From positions 992,001-1,056,000 of the forward strand of contig CAVUKA010000001.1 in the NCBI GenBank assembly GCA_963741945.1: a DNA stretch of 64,000 bases. Reading direction: 5' to 3'. Positions 20,900 through 30,801 of the stretch are shown one piece after another (positions within the stretch are counted from its first letter, which is position 1; each line of letters begins with the position of its first letter). Made by a program: the position numbers and the translations under genes. The notes under the pieces were generated by a model. It saw only the letters and a program-made list of their open reading frames with translations, was not told where the DNA came from and ran no database searches. The stretch comes from an uncultured Gemmatimonadales bacterium (GTDB lineage: Bacteria > Gemmatimonadota > Gemmatimonadetes > Longimicrobiales > RSA9).

Positions 20900-22690
20900 T
20901 CACGTCCCGCCGGACCGGTCAATGTAGGGTGTGACCATGATCAGCAGGTCCTGCTTGGATGCCGTCTTGTAGGTGTTCCGGAACAGGGCGCCGATCACCG
21001 GAATGTTCATGAGGATCGGGATCCCCTGCAGCGTGGTCTTCATGTCCGTGGTGGTGAGTCCGCTGATGACCGCGGTCTCGCCGTCGTTGAGCAGGATCTG
21101 GGTGTCGGTCTGCGACGTGCCGAAGACATAGCCGCCGTCCGACGAGAAGCTCTCTATGTTGGAGCGCTCGGCGTGCATCTGCAGGAGCACCTGGTCGGCG
21201 ACCACGTGCGGGGTGACATCGATGATCACACCCGTCTGCTCCATTCGCACCTGGGCCTGCGGACCGTTGCCCGAAGCTGCGCCCTGGTCCACCACGCGGA
21301 TGGGTGTGCGCTCGCCGACGTGAACCTTGGCGGTCCGGTTGTCGAGCACCGTCACCACCGGGTCCGCCTGGAGCTCCGCGAGCTCGAGGCGCTCCACGGC
21401 TTCCAGCCAGGCCACCACCGCGTGGCGCCCGAGGATCAGCGACGTGAGCACCTCGAACGTGGGCTGCTGGATCCGCTCCGCGGCGTTCCCCACCGCGGCG
21501 ATGCTGTTGCCCGTCAGTGTCACCATTTCCGAAGGCGCGTCGACCTGCTCCCCGTCGTCCACCCGCCCGTTCAGGTTCGCATCGTCCCACCCCGGCGTGA
21601 GCCGGTTCACCATGTTCCCCTCGGTGTCCTTGATCTCGTAGTGGATCCCGAGGCCGTCGAAGTCGCTGCGCCGGATCGACAGGATCCGCACCTGCACGGT
21701 GACCTGCGGAGTCCGCTTGTCCAGCGACGGAATGAGCTTGCGCAGCCGATTCACCGTGGACTCGCCGGCAGAAACGATCAGCGAATTGGTGGCCCGGTTG
21801 ACGGCCACGCTGCCGGTGGTGTTCTCGCCCTGCGCCAGGAGCTGCTTGACCTGACCGGCGACGGAATCGGCGGCCACGAACTCGAGCGGGAACGCTTCCG
21901 TGACGGTGGCCTCCTGCTGCTCGACCTGCCGGCGCTGCTCGAGCGAGGTGACCATGATGATGCCGCTCGACATCTCGTCGGCGACCAGGCCCTGGCCGGC
22001 CAGGATCGCGCGCATGGCCTCATCCCAGGGCTGATCCTGGATCGTGGCCGTGACCGCCTGGCTCGTGACGCCCTTGCCCGGGACGATGCTCCGGCCCGCG
22101 AAGTCCGCGAACGTGCCGAGCACGTCGACGATCGGAGTATTGCGGAACTCCACCGTGATGCGCGGCTGCTGGGGCTCCGGTGCCTCGATGATCGACGGGC
22201 GCGTGAGTGCGACGGCCCGAACGGCGGCCGCATCCGCGGTCACCCCCGCGGGCCGGGGCTCCGGCGCCGGGGACGGGGGCGCCTGCGTGGCCGCGACCCC
22301 GCCTGCGCCGGTGCTCCACGCCTCGAAGGGCCCGGTGGGATTGGGGAACGAGATCCGGACGACGTCTCCATCGTCGTCGATCTCGTAATCGACAGCCTGG
22401 GACAGGTCCACGACCACCCGCACCACACCGGCCTGGAACTGGCTCGAACGGAGGGCGACCACGCCGCCGCGATCGATATCCATGAACCGTCGGCCGGGCA
22501 GCGCGAACTCCGAGCCCATCAGGTCCACCACGATGCGCGGCGGTCCGGACAGGATCTGGTGCTGGTAAGTGACGTGGGCATCCGTCCGGATCAGGACGTC
22601 CGTCCGGTCTCCGGACGAGACGACGCTCAATCCGTGAACGCCCGCCAGGGCCGTCAGCAGAAAGGCGCGTAGCGCCATCATGGGGATCAT
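20900..22690 (-). CDS. pilQ: Type IV pilus secretin with N-terminal AMIN domain
   Basis: PPRIVVDL (AMIN), N0/N3 domains, LD..TPQV, secretin core IPILMNIPVIGALF...LLIMVTP; follows pilMNOP. Confidence 0.93.
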   Translation of the reverse strand: MIPMMALRAFLLTALAGVHGLSVVSSGDRTDVLIRTDAHVTYQHQILSGPPRIVVDLMGSEFALPGRRFMDIDRGGVVALRSSQFQAGVVRVVVDLSQAVDYEIDDDGDVVRISFPNPTGPFEAWSTGAGGVAATQAPPSPAPEPRPAGVTADAAAVRAVALTRPSIIEAPEPQQPRITVEFRNTPIVDVLGTFADFAGRSIVPGKGVTSQAVTATIQDQPWDEAMRAILAGQGLVADEMSSGIIMVTSLEQRRQVEQQEATVTEAFPLEFVAADSVAGQVKQLLAQGENTTGSVAVNRATNSLIVSAGESTVNRLRKLIPSLDKRTPQVTVQVRILSIRRSDFDGLGIHYEIKDTEGNMVNRLTPGWDDANLNGRVDDGEQVDAPSEMVTLTGNSIAAVGNAAERIQQPTFEVLTSLILGRHAVVAWLEAVERLELAELQADPVVTVLDNRTAKVHVGERTPIRVVDQGAASGNGPQAQVRMEQTGVIIDVTPHVVADQVLLQMHAERSNIESFSSDGGYVFGTSQTDTQILLNDGETAVISGLTTTDMKTTLQGIPILMNIPVIGALFRNTYKTASKQDLLIMVTPYIDRSGGT

Positions 22691-23148
22691 CGCTCGCTTC
22701 CTCCTCCACTCTTCTTGAGCTCCAGCATTTCCTGCCGCACGTTCCCGAAGCTGTTCACCGCGAACACCACGCGCAGCGGTCCGATCTCCACGACCCGCGT
22801 ATCGCCCAGCACATCCCCCACGCGCACCCGGTGCACGCGGCCGGACCCGTCACCCAGCAGGGCCAGACTGCCGCCCGGGCCGGTGGAGTAAATGATCCCC
22901 TGCAGGCTCAGCTCCTCGAAGCGGGTACCCGCCTCATCGTCCGCGCTCAGAGCGTGGAAGGGATCCCGGTGGCCGCGGCCGTCGTACGTGAAGACCTCCC
23001 GGTCATAGACCAGGGTCAGCTTCGACGCGTCCGTGGTGGCCTGAGGCGCCGCGGGCTTCGAGCCGGCGGCCTGGGCCCGGAGGAGCGAGGGCGCGACCGC
23101 GCTGGCCGCGACCGCGACCAGGGCCACGAGCATCCGTGAGTTACGCAC
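22687..23148 (-). CDS. pilP: PilP-like pilus assembly protein
   Basis: RDPF motif, L.GIIY...ALL...G.V.RV.VGD; lies between pilO and pilQ; start uncertain (23163, 23148 or 23133). Confidence 0.72.
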   Translation of the reverse strand: MRNSRMLVALVAVAASAVAPSLLRAQAAGSKPAAPQATTDASKLTLVYDREVFTYDGRGHRDPFHALSADDEAGTRFEELSLQGIIYSTGPGGSLALLGDGSGRVHRVRVGDVLGDTRVVEIGPLRVVFAVNSFGNVRQEMLELKKSGGGSER

Positions 23149-23755
23149 CGGTGGGTCCTCCATCGTTGGCGGCGGCCGGCGGCGCGGGGTGGTCCGGCAG
23201 GACGTACGTCTCGATGACGAACGTCGCCTGGATCCGCTCCCCGCCGGAGCGATCGGTTTCGTTGCGCGGCATGAGCTGCAGGTCGAGAGGCGTGATGATC
23301 CGCGGCAGCGATCCGATGCTGGACAGCAGCCGCCCGATGTTGTGATACGTGCCGTAGACGGTCAGGTCGAACGTGCGCCGGTCGTAGTGCGGCCCCGGCG
23401 TGCTCTGACCCGGGCGGAACACGGCCACGTCCACCCCCACGCGCTCCGCGGACTGGTTGATCTGGTTCAGCAGCTGCGAGACTTCCTCGCTGCGCGGGAC
23501 CAGCTCCTCGAGCCGATCGATGTGCTTCTCGAACTCGGCCAGCCGCTGCTCGAGCTGCTCACCTTGCACCGAGCGCACGCGGGCCGACGCGTTCTGCGTC
23601 TCCAGTCGCTCGACGTGAGTGCGCAGGTCCGTGAGCTGCGTGGTGTACTTCCCGTGGAGGAAGTACATGTACGCGCCGAGCAGGAGGAGCGGCAGCACCC
23701 CGATCGCGAGCCGCTTCTGCTGCGCGGGATCGTCAGGGAGTCCCAGAAGTGCCAT
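23141..23755 (-). CDS. pilO: Type IV pilus assembly protein PilO
   Basis: TM helix, coiled coil, LVP...EV..LL, G.YH.IG...LPRII. Confidence 0.88.
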   Translation of the reverse strand: MALLGLPDDPAQQKRLAIGVLPLLLLGAYMYFLHGKYTTQLTDLRTHVERLETQNASARVRSVQGEQLEQRLAEFEKHIDRLEELVPRSEEVSQLLNQINQSAERVGVDVAVFRPGQSTPGPHYDRRTFDLTVYGTYHNIGRLLSSIGSLPRIITPLDLQLMPRNETDRSGGERIQATFVIETYVLPDHPAPPAAANDGGPTGA

Positions 23756-24440
23756 GGCTCGTCTCCATTCCTGCCGTGAGCGTGTCGCCGGCCGAAGCCG
23801 GGAAGAGCGACACGGTCTCGATCATCTCCGTCGGCGGCTGCTCGAACCGTCCGGTGAGCAAGAAATTGTTCGCGACCTTGCCGCTGCCCCGACCGCCCAC
23901 CGTCACCTGCTCGCTGGACACGAGCTCGATGTTGCGCAGGAATGGGCTCGCCTCGAGCGCGTCCATGAAGCGCGTGAGGGCGGGCAGCGTGCCGGTCAAG
24001 CCCTGGATCTGCAGGGACGGCACCGTTCCCCCGTCGACCTGGTAGATCCCCGTCAACCATGTATAGGGCGGGAGGGCGAGGCTGACCTCGTCCAGGATGT
24101 GGGGCCAGACGTAGCGGCCCGCGTCGATCTCCTGAATGATGGTCAGCTTCTGCGCGATCGTGTCCTGCCTCGCCCGCAGGTGCTGCTGCGTCTCGATGAC
24201 CCTGGCGTAGCGCGCGGAATCCGCGACGGCCTGGTCGAGGGCCACCTGCGTATCCCCGATCCTGGCATGCACGCTGAAGAACAGCCATGCGATGGCGATG
24301 GGTCCAATGACCCACGCGGCGAGAATGAACCCGCGCATGCGGTCGAAGGGGCCGGCCGACCCCGGGAGCTTCAGCGGGAACCGGCCAGGGGCCTTCTTCC
24401 GCTGCTTCTGTGCGCCAGGGAACAGATTGATCTCAATCAT
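23733..24440 (-). CDS. pilN: Type IV pilus assembly protein PilN
   Basis: MIEINLFP start motif, TM helix, LPPYTWLT, FM..LE.SPF. Confidence 0.9.
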   Translation of the reverse strand: MIEINLFPGAQKQRKKAPGRFPLKLPGSAGPFDRMRGFILAAWVIGPIAIAWLFFSVHARIGDTQVALDQAVADSARYARVIETQQHLRARQDTIAQKLTIIQEIDAGRYVWPHILDEVSLALPPYTWLTGIYQVDGGTVPSLQIQGLTGTLPALTRFMDALEASPFLRNIELVSSEQVTVGGRGSGKVANNFLLTGRFEQPPTEMIETVSLFPASAGDTLTAGMETSHGTSGTP

Positions 24441-24451
24441 GATCGCGTCGC

Positions 24452-25492
24452 TCAGGCCCTCCGCATCGCGAGACCGACCGGGAGCATCAGCATGGGTGCC
24501 ACCTCGTCGACCGCGATTTCCAGGTTCACGTCCGGGTGAACGGCCACCCGCTCCAGGGGGTTGGCGAGCTGTGTGGCAACGCCCAGTCGCTCCCCAAGCG
24601 CGGCCACGACGCCCGGGACCCGGGCGCCGCCACCGCACAGGAACACCTGCGCCACGCCCTCGCCGCCGGACTGCGCCGTGATGAAGGCGATGGCCCGCTC
24701 GATCCCCACCGCAAGCTCGTCCACCCGCTCCGTCACGAACGCTTCGAGATCCACCGCATCCTCGCGTCCCTGGATCACGTCCTCCGCCTGCTCGGCAGTG
24801 AGGCCGCGCTCGCGCTGAAGGGACTCGCGGATGCGGCGCGAGCCGAAGGGAATGTCCCGGACGACGACGGGGACGCCGTCGTCGAGGATGTTCACGTTTG
24901 TGGTTTCGTGGCCCACGTTCACCAGGGCCACCATCCCGCTCATGCGGTCCGGATACCCCTGCTCGAATGCGTTGTGGAGCGCGAAGGCGTCCACGTCAAT
25001 GACGGCGGGAGAAAGGCCCGCGTCGGCGAGGAGCGCCAGTCGATTCTCGATCAGCTCCCGCTTCGCCGCGACCAGGAGCACCGACATCTGCGGATCGGTG
25101 GAGTCCGGATCGAGGATCTGGAAGTCGAGCTGGACGCTCTCCATGTCGAACGGGACGTGCTGGTGCGCCTCCCAGCGGATGAGGTCGCGGGCTTCCGCCT
25201 CGTTCATGCGATCCATCTGGATCTTCTTGATGATCACGTCGTGGCCACCGACCGCAGCGACGACCTGCTGCTTTCCGAGCCCGGCAGCATCGGCGACGGA
25301 GCGGATGGTCTCCGCCACGAGGACGGGGTCCATGACCTCGCCTTCGACGATGGCATCCGCGACCAGCGGGCTGGTGGCGATCTTGGTGATCTCGGGGTCA
25401 CCCTTGGAGTGATCGACGACCACGAGCTTGACGAATCCGCTCCCGATGTCGAGCCCCGCTGTGACCTTGCTCCGGCCGAACAGTCCCATCAT
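24452..25492 (-). CDS. pilM: Type IV pilus assembly protein PilM
   Basis: GLDIGSG.VK, actin-like fold, HVPFD, LLVAAK, IDVDAFAL, LCGGGA. Confidence 0.94.
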   Translation of the reverse strand: MMGLFGRSKVTAGLDIGSGFVKLVVVDHSKGDPEITKIATSPLVADAIVEGEVMDPVLVAETIRSVADAAGLGKQQVVAAVGGHDVIIKKIQMDRMNEAEARDLIRWEAHQHVPFDMESVQLDFQILDPDSTDPQMSVLLVAAKRELIENRLALLADAGLSPAVIDVDAFALHNAFEQGYPDRMSGMVALVNVGHETTNVNILDDGVPVVVRDIPFGSRRIRESLQRERGLTAEQAEDVIQGREDAVDLEAFVTERVDELAVGIERAIAFITAQSGGEGVAQVFLCGGGARVPGVVAALGERLGVATQLANPLERVAVHPDVNLEIAVDEVAPMLMLPVGLAMRRA

Positions 25493-25595
25493 CAGGAATC
25501 CGCGTTGTCGGGGAAGGCCGTTGTGGTGGAATGCTTTAGACTACGTCCGCCACCCTGGCCTGTCAATGATGAACCGGCCCTGCCATCCCGGGCAC

Positions 25596-26783
25596 TCATC
25601 CGCCCGGAAATCCTGTTGCGAGTGCCGCCGGCGCCGCCGCCGACACGTCGATCCACGAGCGGGCGGCCAGGGGCCGGATGCGCAGCGCGGCATCGAAGGC
25701 GCGGTCGACGCGGCATTTCGAGTACTGGACCATCGAGTTGCCGACGGTCGTGCTCTCATCGATGAGTTCCGCACCGTTGTGCACGATGGCAGTGCCGACG
25801 ATCTGGCCGCCCGTCTGCCCCGTGCCCCCCATCCACAGCTTCCCGGTGACCACCACCACGCCGAAGAACTGCATGTTGCCGGCGAGGTCGAGGTCGCCAT
25901 CCACGATCAGGATACCCTGGCCCACACCGCCCGTGATCTTCACATCGTCCTTCGCATAGATGATCGGGAAGCGGTTCCCGCAAACGCCTCCGTCGAGCGG
26001 GTCTCCCCAGTTGAGGCTGTCGGCAGTGTTGCATTCGCCCGCCGCCCCGGTGCTCGGGTCGGGACTCTGGCTGGCCGGAATCCCGTGCTCGAAGACGATG
26101 TCGGCCATCTCCGTCAGGTCGGCGAGCGTGAGCGTGCCGAAAGTGCTGAGGGTCTCCACGTCGAGCGACGGATCTTCCTGGATCGGTGGATCGCCGTTCA
26201 GGTTCGCGGTGGCCTCGATGAGGTCGGGTCGGTTCGTGGTGATCCCGGGCACACCGGCTCCAATGGGCGGGCATCCCGGCTCCGGCTGCTCGAAGCCGTC
26301 GATCTCCGTGGCGTTCCCGTGCATGGTCAGACCGCCGAAGATCGAGAGCGCGCTCTGGCGCGGCAGCTCGGCCCTGGCCGTGCGCACGATACTCGCGACC
26401 TCACGGCTGGCGTTGTCTCTACCCGCGCTCACGGTGCCCGTGGACGTCACCAGGAAGAGGCGCTCGCCCACGCTGCGCGCTTCGATGTCGTAATGCCCGA
26501 GAACCTGGCCGGTGCTCGTGGTCACGTCCGCGCCACCCCAGTCCTCGGGGGCGACCACACCGTTGAAATCGGCAGTGCGCCCGGACGCGAGGATCTGGTC
26601 GAGCCCGTACTCGGCCACGTAGAAGGCCTGCGCCCCCAGCTCGGTGCTCATGCTCACGCGGGCCTCCTGCGACGACGCGTAGAAGCCGCCCGTCACGATG
26701 GCGCCGATGATGATCATGGCGAGCAGCGCCACAGGCAGGGCGAAGCCGTCCCTGGATCCGGAAGCCGGCATCATGATTCGCAT
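25596..26783 (-). CDS. Large PilX/GspK-like minor pilin, cassette 1
   Basis: G|FALPVALL without Glu5, QAFYVAEYG (PilX-N pattern), Gly/Val-rich beta-repeat C-terminus. Confidence 0.8.
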   Translation of the reverse strand: MRIMMPASGSRDGFALPVALLAMIIIGAIVTGGFYASSQEARVSMSTELGAQAFYVAEYGLDQILASGRTADFNGVVAPEDWGGADVTTSTGQVLGHYDIEARSVGERLFLVTSTGTVSAGRDNASREVASIVRTARAELPRQSALSIFGGLTMHGNATEIDGFEQPEPGCPPIGAGVPGITTNRPDLIEATANLNGDPPIQEDPSLDVETLSTFGTLTLADLTEMADIVFEHGIPASQSPDPSTGAAGECNTADSLNWGDPLDGGVCGNRFPIIYAKDDVKITGGVGQGILIVDGDLDLAGNMQFFGVVVVTGKLWMGGTGQTGGQIVGTAIVHNGAELIDESTTVGNSMVQYSKCRVDRAFDAALRIRPLAARSWIDVSAAAPAALATGFPGG

Positions 26784-26791
26784 GGCCTCGG

Positions 26792-27625
26792 TCAGTTGCT
26801 CCGGAAGAAGAGGTTGGTGGTCAGCGACTGCGGGTCTACCGCCGGGTCGTTGCCCAGGATCTGGGTGCGGATCCGCATGCGCGTGATCTGGTCGGGCACA
26901 CTGGTGGCGTTCCCGGCCGCGTCGTAGTAGTCGAAGCGCAGCCCGTCCGGGGGCGGAGCCAGGCCGCCGACCAGGAAGTCGACGCTGTCCGCGCCGGCGA
27001 AGCGCCGCCCGAGTCCCCAGCCGCGGGGCGCAGCGAACTGCCGGATCCCGTACATGACCCACTCGAAGGACCGGACGGGCGAGAAGAGCCGCACGTTGGC
27101 GAGCGCACCAGGTCCGACGTGTACCGTCTGGACCGGGAGACCGGGGAATCGCGTGGCGCACGCTGTGCTCGCGTCCGAGCTGGCGTCCACGACGTTGGAC
27201 GCGATCCAGGCGTCGTCATCCGAGCGGAGGCTGTCTCCGTCGACGAAAATGAGGACGCTGTCCGGGTGGCTCCCGCCGACGAACGCGTCGCCCATGACGG
27301 CCAGCGTCACCTTGTTGTCTCCCGGCGAGGTGGCGCACACGAATCCGAGCTTGCGCTGCGCCCGGAACACCACCGAGTCCGGCGCCGCCGCGCGGATGTC
27401 CGCACCACCGATGTTCGCCTGCGTGGTGCTCACTTCGCGCAGTTCGGACTCCAGGATGCCGAGAGCGGTGCGCATGCTCTCCTGCCCACGGATGACGGCG
27501 CTGCCCGTGCGGTAGCTCATCTCCTGGACATTGAGGGCCTGGTACACGGATCCGAGCACGACGGCGAGGAGCACCGCCACGATCATCATCTCGATGAGGG
27601 TGAAGCCGTCTCGCCGCGCGTTCAT
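26792..27625 (-). CDS. PilW-like minor pilin, cassette 1
   Basis: RRDG|FTLIEMMIV prepilin motif; long globular domain. Confidence 0.83.
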   Translation of the reverse strand: MNARRDGFTLIEMMIVAVLLAVVLGSVYQALNVQEMSYRTGSAVIRGQESMRTALGILESELREVSTTQANIGGADIRAAAPDSVVFRAQRKLGFVCATSPGDNKVTLAVMGDAFVGGSHPDSVLIFVDGDSLRSDDDAWIASNVVDASSDASTACATRFPGLPVQTVHVGPGALANVRLFSPVRSFEWVMYGIRQFAAPRGWGLGRRFAGADSVDFLVGGLAPPPDGLRFDYYDAAGNATSVPDQITRMRIRTQILGNDPAVDPQSLTTNLFFRSN

Positions 27626-28005
27626 GGCTGTGCAATCGCTATGGCCACGGTCTCCTCCACGTCGGGGAGGAAGCGGCCGGCCTGGTATCCCGGACCGGAG
27701 CTGACCAGCTGGACCCGGAGCAGGTTCCCGGCAGCGGACGTGACCGAACAGCTCACATCGAAGTCGTTCATGTGGAACGTGCTGTCGGCGCAAAGCCCGG
27801 AGATCCCGTTCCATTCGGTACCGCGGATGATCTCGGCGGCCTCCCGCACGGCGGTCATGCGCTCGGTGCGGACCTGCGAGAGGCGGATCTGGCTCATGAT
27901 GTAGCCCGTGGACCCGCCCATGGCGAGAATCCCGACGGAAAGGATCAGGAGCGCCACGAGGAGCTCGATGATGGAGAATCCGGAACGGCAGCGCGGGTCG
28001 CTCAT
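27622..28005 (-). CDS. PilV-like minor pilin, cassette 1
   Basis: SG|FSIIELLVALLILSVGILAM; ATGA overlaps with both neighbours. Confidence 0.85.
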   Translation of the reverse strand: MSDPRCRSGFSIIELLVALLILSVGILAMGGSTGYIMSQIRLSQVRTERMTAVREAAEIIRGTEWNGISGLCADSTFHMNDFDVSCSVTSAAGNLLRVQLVSSGPGYQAGRFLPDVEETVAIAIAQP

Positions 28006-28517
28006 CGCTCCACCCTTCCCGCCGCATTGATCGTGACCCAGAGCGTATCGGATTGCGTCCGGAACCCGAGATCCACCGGCAGCCGACTGCCATCGCCGCA
28101 GCCAGGGATGGCGAAGCCGCGGGCCACGTAGCAGATCCGGAACGGCGCCGGCAGCCCGGACTCCATGAGCAGATCGGCGGGCGCCAGCCCGTGCTTGTAG
28201 TCCAGGACCTCCAGGGTGTCGTGCGCATCCGCGCTCATGACGAACACGGAGTCGCGATACGGCCGGATCATGAGCACCACCGCATCCCCGCGCTGCACGG
28301 CGGCGGCCCGTGCCCGGGCGGCGGCCATGGCGAACGCGTCGCGTGCGTTCACGGCCGTGCGCGCGCTCATGTACTGGTGGAAGCGCGGAAAGGCCATCCC
28401 CGCCAGGGTGCTCGCGATGAGGAGCACGAACAGGAGCTCCACGACGGAGAACCCCGTTCGGCCCCGGGGCCCGGGGCAACGCCGCTCCTGCTGGCTGAGC
28501 TGGGTGCAATGACACAT
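28002..28517 (-). CDS. FimT/FimU (GspH-like) minor pilin, cassette 1
   Basis: TG|FSVVELLFVL...AFP, AR.AAVQR, ends INAAGRV. Confidence 0.83.
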   Translation of the reverse strand: MCHCTQLSQQERRCPGPRGRTGFSVVELLFVLLIASTLAGMAFPRFHQYMSARTAVNARDAFAMAAARARAAAVQRGDAVVLMIRPYRDSVFVMSADAHDTLEVLDYKHGLAPADLLMESGLPAPFRICYVARGFAIPGCGDGSRLPVDLGFRTQSDTLWVTINAAGRVER

Positions 28518-28721
28518 CCAATGCTGCCTCCGTTGGTCGAGAGCCCGGCCTGGAGAGCAGCCCCATTGAGGCGGTACATCTCGCGACGGGTCCCCACGTT
28601 CGACCGCCGCAACATACGAAGTTCATGCCGGCACCCGATCCTGTGCGCTCGCAACGGTTTCCGCCGATCGCGCGCGCCGTGGAGGGGACCTTTCTGCCCA
28701 CGCCGGGAACTTTTTTCACCC

Positions 28722-29747
28722 TCAGAAGACCGGCACCCACGAGCGGCCCGGCAGGCGGAAAGCCGCGTCCAGCAGAGGCGCTGACGCCGCCTCGGCCCGG
28801 GCGCACGGGTCGAACGAGATCCGTCCCCCGGAGAGCGTCACCGTCCGGGCGCGAACCGCGCCCCGGATCACGGCCCCGGCGGCCACTTCGAGCGCGCCAT
28901 CGACCAGGACCAGGCCATGGAACCGCACGGCGCCGCCGAGCCGGAGGTCGCCGCGAACGGTCAGGATGCCCCGCCCCTCGCCGGTCCACACCTCGAGCGG
29001 GCCCCACCCTTCGACGAGCGGGAGAAGACCGTAGCAGGGGTGAGCAGGCGAGATGGCGCCCCAGTTTCCGGGCCCCGGGATGCAGCCGTCCGCCGCCGCC
29101 GACGGAGCCGGGGCGGCGGTTCCGGGACCGGCAGTGAAGTGCGGGAGCTGGTCGAGCAGGGGCGGAGACAGGGGATCGACCACCGGCAGCTGCGGAACCC
29201 GGTCCGTGTGAGCCGGCTCGCCCGCCACCTCGACGGCAGGGCCCCGGAACAGGAGTGGCCCCGCGACGCCGACTCCGGCCTCCACTCCGCACCCGGGCGC
29301 CACCTCGATGACGCCGTCGATCAGTGTGGCGCCTTCCGTGGTGGTGACCGCGGCGGGGAAAGCATCCATGATGGAATGAGCGTCGAGGGTCCGGACGAGC
29401 GCGGCGGCTCGCCCGGTCGCTGCACCCCTGCCGCCGCCGACGCGGGTGTCGGCGCGAACCAGGAAGAGCGCTCGGTCGAGCCGGCGGACGGTGACCAGGG
29501 CCCCGGCGCCCGGGCCGGGTCCCTGCCGCGCCCCCGGAACGGGCATTCCCTCGAAATCGCGGGTGGACCAGCGCGCGACGGTGGCGCGCACGGCATCTTC
29601 AGCGCGACGCTGCGCCATGGCGGCGCTCGCGGTCCGGGCCGCGATCGTGCGCTCCCTGGCGCCCACGGCCAGCATGGACGCCCCGAGCCCCGCCAGCGCC
29701 ACGAACACGAGGAGCGAGATCACGAGGGCGAAGCCGCCGCGGATCAC
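28722..29747 (-). CDS. Large PilX-like minor pilin, cassette 2
   Basis: GG|FALVISLL without Glu5; C-terminus aligns by eye with 25596-26783. Confidence 0.72.
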   Translation of the reverse strand: MIRGGFALVISLLVFVALAGLGASMLAVGARERTIAARTASAAMAQRRAEDAVRATVARWSTRDFEGMPVPGARQGPGPGAGALVTVRRLDRALFLVRADTRVGGGRGAATGRAAALVRTLDAHSIMDAFPAAVTTTEGATLIDGVIEVAPGCGVEAGVGVAGPLLFRGPAVEVAGEPAHTDRVPQLPVVDPLSPPLLDQLPHFTAGPGTAAPAPSAAADGCIPGPGNWGAISPAHPCYGLLPLVEGWGPLEVWTGEGRGILTVRGDLRLGGAVRFHGLVLVDGALEVAAGAVIRGAVRARTVTLSGGRISFDPCARAEAASAPLLDAAFRLPGRSWVPVF

Positions 29748-30448
29748 GGGGTCTCCGGATTCAGGCGCGCGATTCGGAGCCGCGCCCGCGGGTGATCCAG
29801 CCGTGGAAGCGACTCCTGCACCATGGAAGCAGCGAGGCGGAAGCTCCGGGGGCCGGCCTGTTCGAGCGTGGCCCCGGCCAGGAGCGATTCCGTGAGCGGC
29901 TGCCGCCCGCCCGCGCCGCGGCGGTACCGCAGCGCGCCACCGGTGACATCATAGACCCCGGTTTCGAACACCAGGGCGAACCCGGCGGGCGTTTGCAGCG
30001 CACGACCGACGCGAATGCGCGTGCCCGGCTCGCCGCACGTCGGGTCCGGCGGACCGACCGCCACGACGTCGACCGCCTCCTCCGTTCCGTCCCCGCGCAC
30101 CAGGAGCAGCGAGTCCTTGGCCGGCTCCGCCAGGCGGACACCGGCGTACGCCACGACGAGCGTGTCCCCGCCGGCGGCGCACGCCGGCCCCCCGCCCCGG
30201 AACGCGCGAACGCGAATGGAGTCCGGAGCGAACGCGCGGACGTCCGCCGGAGCCGCGCTCCGCAGCTCGGAAGAGAGCACCAGGCCCATGATGCGGCTGA
30301 CCTCGTGGGCCCGTGTGCCGTCCGACTGCAGCGCCGCCAGGCGGGACTGCGCCCCGGCGAAGCGCGCGAGTGCGGCCAGCACGAAGGCGAACAGCCAGAA
30401 GACGAGGACCAGCTCCGCCATGGAAGCGGCCCCCGCACGCACCCTCAC
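29744..30448 (-). CDS. Divergent PilW-like minor pilin, cassette 2
   Basis: Degenerate prepilin GAASMAELVLV; ELR..., APDS..RAFR and DSLLL echo the cassette-1 PilW; GTG start overlaps the upstream stop. Confidence 0.65.
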   Translation of the reverse strand: MRVRAGAASMAELVLVFWLFAFVLAALARFAGAQSRLAALQSDGTRAHEVSRIMGLVLSSELRSAAPADVRAFAPDSIRVRAFRGGGPACAAGGDTLVVAYAGVRLAEPAKDSLLLVRGDGTEEAVDVVAVGPPDPTCGEPGTRIRVGRALQTPAGFALVFETGVYDVTGGALRYRRGAGGRQPLTESLLAGATLEQAGPRSFRLAASMVQESLPRLDHPRARLRIARLNPETP

Positions 30449-30801
30449 GGCGCCACCAGCATCGGGCGTGGGGCGGTCCACAGGCCTTCGAGCTCCGCCG
30501 ACACCGCGGGCGCCTCGCGCCTCGCCTCGATGCGAACCACGGCTCCCGCCCCCGCGGGCTCGACCGTCCAGGCCACGAGCACACCCGCCTGTTCGAAGGC
30601 ACCGGATTCCGGCGGGCCGGGCGTGCCCAGGAGAGAGTCCAGCGTGGCTCCGGCCAGCGCGAGCGCCTCCTCCCGCGCCCCCGCGAGCAGCGTCCAGCGT
30701 GCGCCCAGCACGGCAGTCGCCGCGAGCCCGGCGAAGGAAGCGCCGATGAACGTGACCGCCACGATCAGCTCGACCAGGGAATGCCCCGCGCGGGTCACCA
30801 T
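30445..30801 (-). CDS. Divergent PilV-like minor pilin, cassette 2
   Basis: AG|HSLVELIVAV prepilin-like N-terminus, 118 aa. Confidence 0.68.
   Translation of the reverse strand: MVTRAGHSLVELIVAVTFIGASFAGLAATAVLGARWTLLAGAREEALALAGATLDSLLGTPGPPESGAFEQAGVLVAWTVEPAGAGAVVRIEARREAPAVSAELEGLWTAPRPMLVAP

Noticed and set aside
28615-28632. Sigma54 promoter for minor-pilin cassette 1
   Set aside because: The minus strand reads CGGCAT-GAACT-TCGT, so the -12 GC is missing
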